Origin: an uncultured Gammaproteobacteria bacterium
Lineage (GTDB): Bacteria > Patescibacteriota > Microgenomatia > UBA8517
Assembly: GCA_964366085.1 (NCBI GenBank)
Contig: CAYISM010000001.1
Span: 17,211-81,210 of the forward strand
Direction: 5' to 3'
DNA: 64,000 bases
In this document: positions 62,895 through 64,000 of the stretch, piece after piece
Position numbering within the stretch: the first letter of the stretch is position 1
Layout: each line of letters opens with the position of its first letter
Notes under the pieces: generated by a model
Told to the model about the DNA's origin: nothing
Seen by the model: the letters and a program-made list of their open reading frames with translations, nothing else
Databases searched by the model: none
Translations under genes and position numbers: made by a program

Positions 62895-64000
62895 CTATCT
62901 GGAGATTTTGTCTTTCCCAACCCACTTTTGAAGCACTTTGGGGATTTTGACCGAACCGTCTTCCTGCTGATAATTTTCCAAAATTGCGATGATTGTGCGA
63001 CCAATTGCAAAAGCTGTCCCGTTAAGAGTGTGGGCAAATTCAGTTTTGTCTCCTTCGCGATACTTTATATTCAATCTCCTTGCCTGAAAATCTGTTGTTG
63101 TTGAAGTTGAAGTTAGTTCGCGATACTTCTCTTGCGAAGGAATCCAGGCCTCCAAATCATATTTTCTGGCAGCCGGCATTCCTAAATCCCCCGAACACAT
63201 TTTGACAACTTGATAGGGGAGTTTCAGTTTTTGCAAAAGTTTTTCCTCCAAAGAAAGTAAGAATTCGTGCTCGCGATCTCCGTCTTCGGGCTTAACGTAC
63301 GAAAACATTTCTACTTTATCAAATTGGTGAACCCTTAAAATTCCTCTTGTGTCCTTGCCATAAGTCCCCGCTTCCCTTCTGAAACAAGTAGAAAAGCCCA
63401 TGTATCTAAGAGGTAAGCTGTTAGCCATAAGCGTTTCGTTTGCGTGCATTGGCCCAATTGATTGTTCAGAGGTTCCGACTAAAACCAATCCATCTTTATC
63501 GAAAATATACATCTGTTCATTTCCTCCATGTTCCATATATCCCATTCCCTGCATCATTTCGGTTTTAATAAAAACCGGAGGAACAACCGGAGTAAAACCT
63601 TCTTTTGTCAAAGTTTCAATTGCAAGTTGTACTAATGCAAATTCCAAAAGAACTGCATCCCCTTTTAAATATCCGAATCTTGCTCCCGAAACTTTTGCAG
63701 CGCGTTCTACGTCAATTATTCCCAACTTCTCGCCAAGCTCAAGGTGGTCTTTAGGTTTAAAATCAAATTTTTTAGGCTCTCCGTGCTTCCTTAAAACTTC
63801 ATTTTCAGTATCGTTTTTGCCTTCTTTTACGTCATCAGCTGGCGAATTCGGAATCTTAAACATTGTCTTTTTATATTTCTCTTCGACTTCTTTTAATTCC
63901 GGTTCGAGCTTTTTTAGTTTCTCTTTAATTTCCTTGCCCTTGCTACTTACTACATGCTCCTTACTACTAATCTCATTTCTCTCAGCCCGAAGTTCCTCAA
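62895..64000 (-). CDS. serS: Seryl-tRNA synthetase; the N-terminus runs off the window
   Basis: Class II aaRS core (FSTCFRREAG, GRTIIAILENYQ). The minus frame stays open to 64000 and encodes the SerS N-terminal coiled coil (…EEFRAERNEISSKEHVVSSKGKEIKEKLKKLEPELKEVEEKYKKTMFKIPN…), so the Met at 63863 is internal. Confidence 0.9.
   Translation of the reverse strand, partial: EELRAERNEISSKEHVVSSKGKEIKEKLKKLEPELKEVEEKYKKTMFKIPNSPADDVKEGKNDTENEVLRKHGEPKKFDFKPKDHLELGEKLGIIDVERAAKVSGARFGYLKGDAVLLEFALVQLAIETLTKEGFTPVVPPVFIKTEMMQGMGYMEHGGNEQMYIFDKDGLVLVGTSEQSIGPMHANETLMANSLPLRYMGFSTCFRREAGTYGKDTRGILRVHQFDKVEMFSYVKPEDGDREHEFLLSLEEKLLQKLKLPYQVVKMCSGDLGMPAARKYDLEAWIPSQEKYRELTSTSTTTDFQARRLNIKYREGDKTEFAHTLNGTAFAIGRTIIAILENYQQEDGSVKIPKVLQKWVGKDKISR
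62909..62932. repeat. serS 3'-terminal 24 bp within the coding sequence; source copy of the duplicate at 60723-60746
   Basis: Exact 24-nt match. Confidence 0.75.

Overview
This 64-kb window is AT-rich and tightly packed, with almost every gene on the minus strand and many 1-4 bp start/stop overlaps. The composition looks like a Candidate Phyla Radiation (Patescibacteria) genome, but that lineage call is inference only.

The window divides into six blocks:

1. Positions 1-31786: a very large glycosylation locus.
   - About 13 polytopic GT-C-type membrane glycosyltransferases, which fall into several paralog groups: ArnT/PMT-like with the first-loop DE motif, YfhO-like, and a D(E/Q)(G/A)RD trio.
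   - About 8 GT2 enzymes, three of them Dpm1-like polyprenyl-phosphate sugar synthases and one fused to a GtrA domain.
   - One GT4, a SAM methyltransferase and a Wzx flippase.
   - Embedded a DnaQ-like exonuclease and an orphan DUF35 Zn-ribbon/OB-fold protein.
2. Positions 31921-35872: trmD, then a compact rmlD-rmlC-rmlB-rmlA dTDP-rhamnose operon.
3. Positions 35915-40510: a surface/secretome cluster.
   - A CAP-domain protein, a VanZ-like protein and a lamin-tail-domain protein with a Pro/Thr linker.
   - An apparently frameshifted snapalysin-like HExxHxxGxxD metalloprotease.
   - A TrpR-like YerC/YecD protein.
4. Positions 40547-47778: housekeeping genes.
   - ftsE-ftsX followed by an EnvC-like M23 peptidase whose catalytic motifs appear in circularly permuted order.
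   - prfB, a LytR_C protein and an FKBP isomerase.
5. Positions 48006-54523: a roughly 6.5-kb segment flanked by a perfect 21-bp direct repeat (48006-48026 and 54503-54523), with degenerate similarity continuing about 25 nt further.
   - It carries a YefM/RelE toxin-antitoxin pair.
   - It also carries an overlapping two-gene system I could not assign to any described family:
     - a 743-aa protein with an N-terminal HExxH metallopeptidase-like motif, a Q/G/E-rich low-complexity linker and a C-terminal VWA domain with an intact DxSxS MIDAS motif;
     - a 1169-aa protein with NHL/beta-propeller-like repeats, about 400 aa of coiled coil, and a MoxR/AAA_5-like ATPase module with non-canonical Walker A (GAGKN) and Walker B (D to T) motifs.
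   - A truncated GT-C N-terminal gene fragment sits at the left boundary.
   - Immediately outside the right repeat is an HTH-Fic protein whose catalytic His is replaced by Gln.
6. Positions 55730-64000: secA, a spermidine-synthase-like protein, rarA, an ABC exporter and serS, which runs off the window edge.
   - The last 24 nt of the serS coding sequence are duplicated 2.2 kb away, bracketing the ABC exporter. This is consistent with an old insertion into the serS 3' end.

I found no rRNA or tRNA genes and no CRISPR array.
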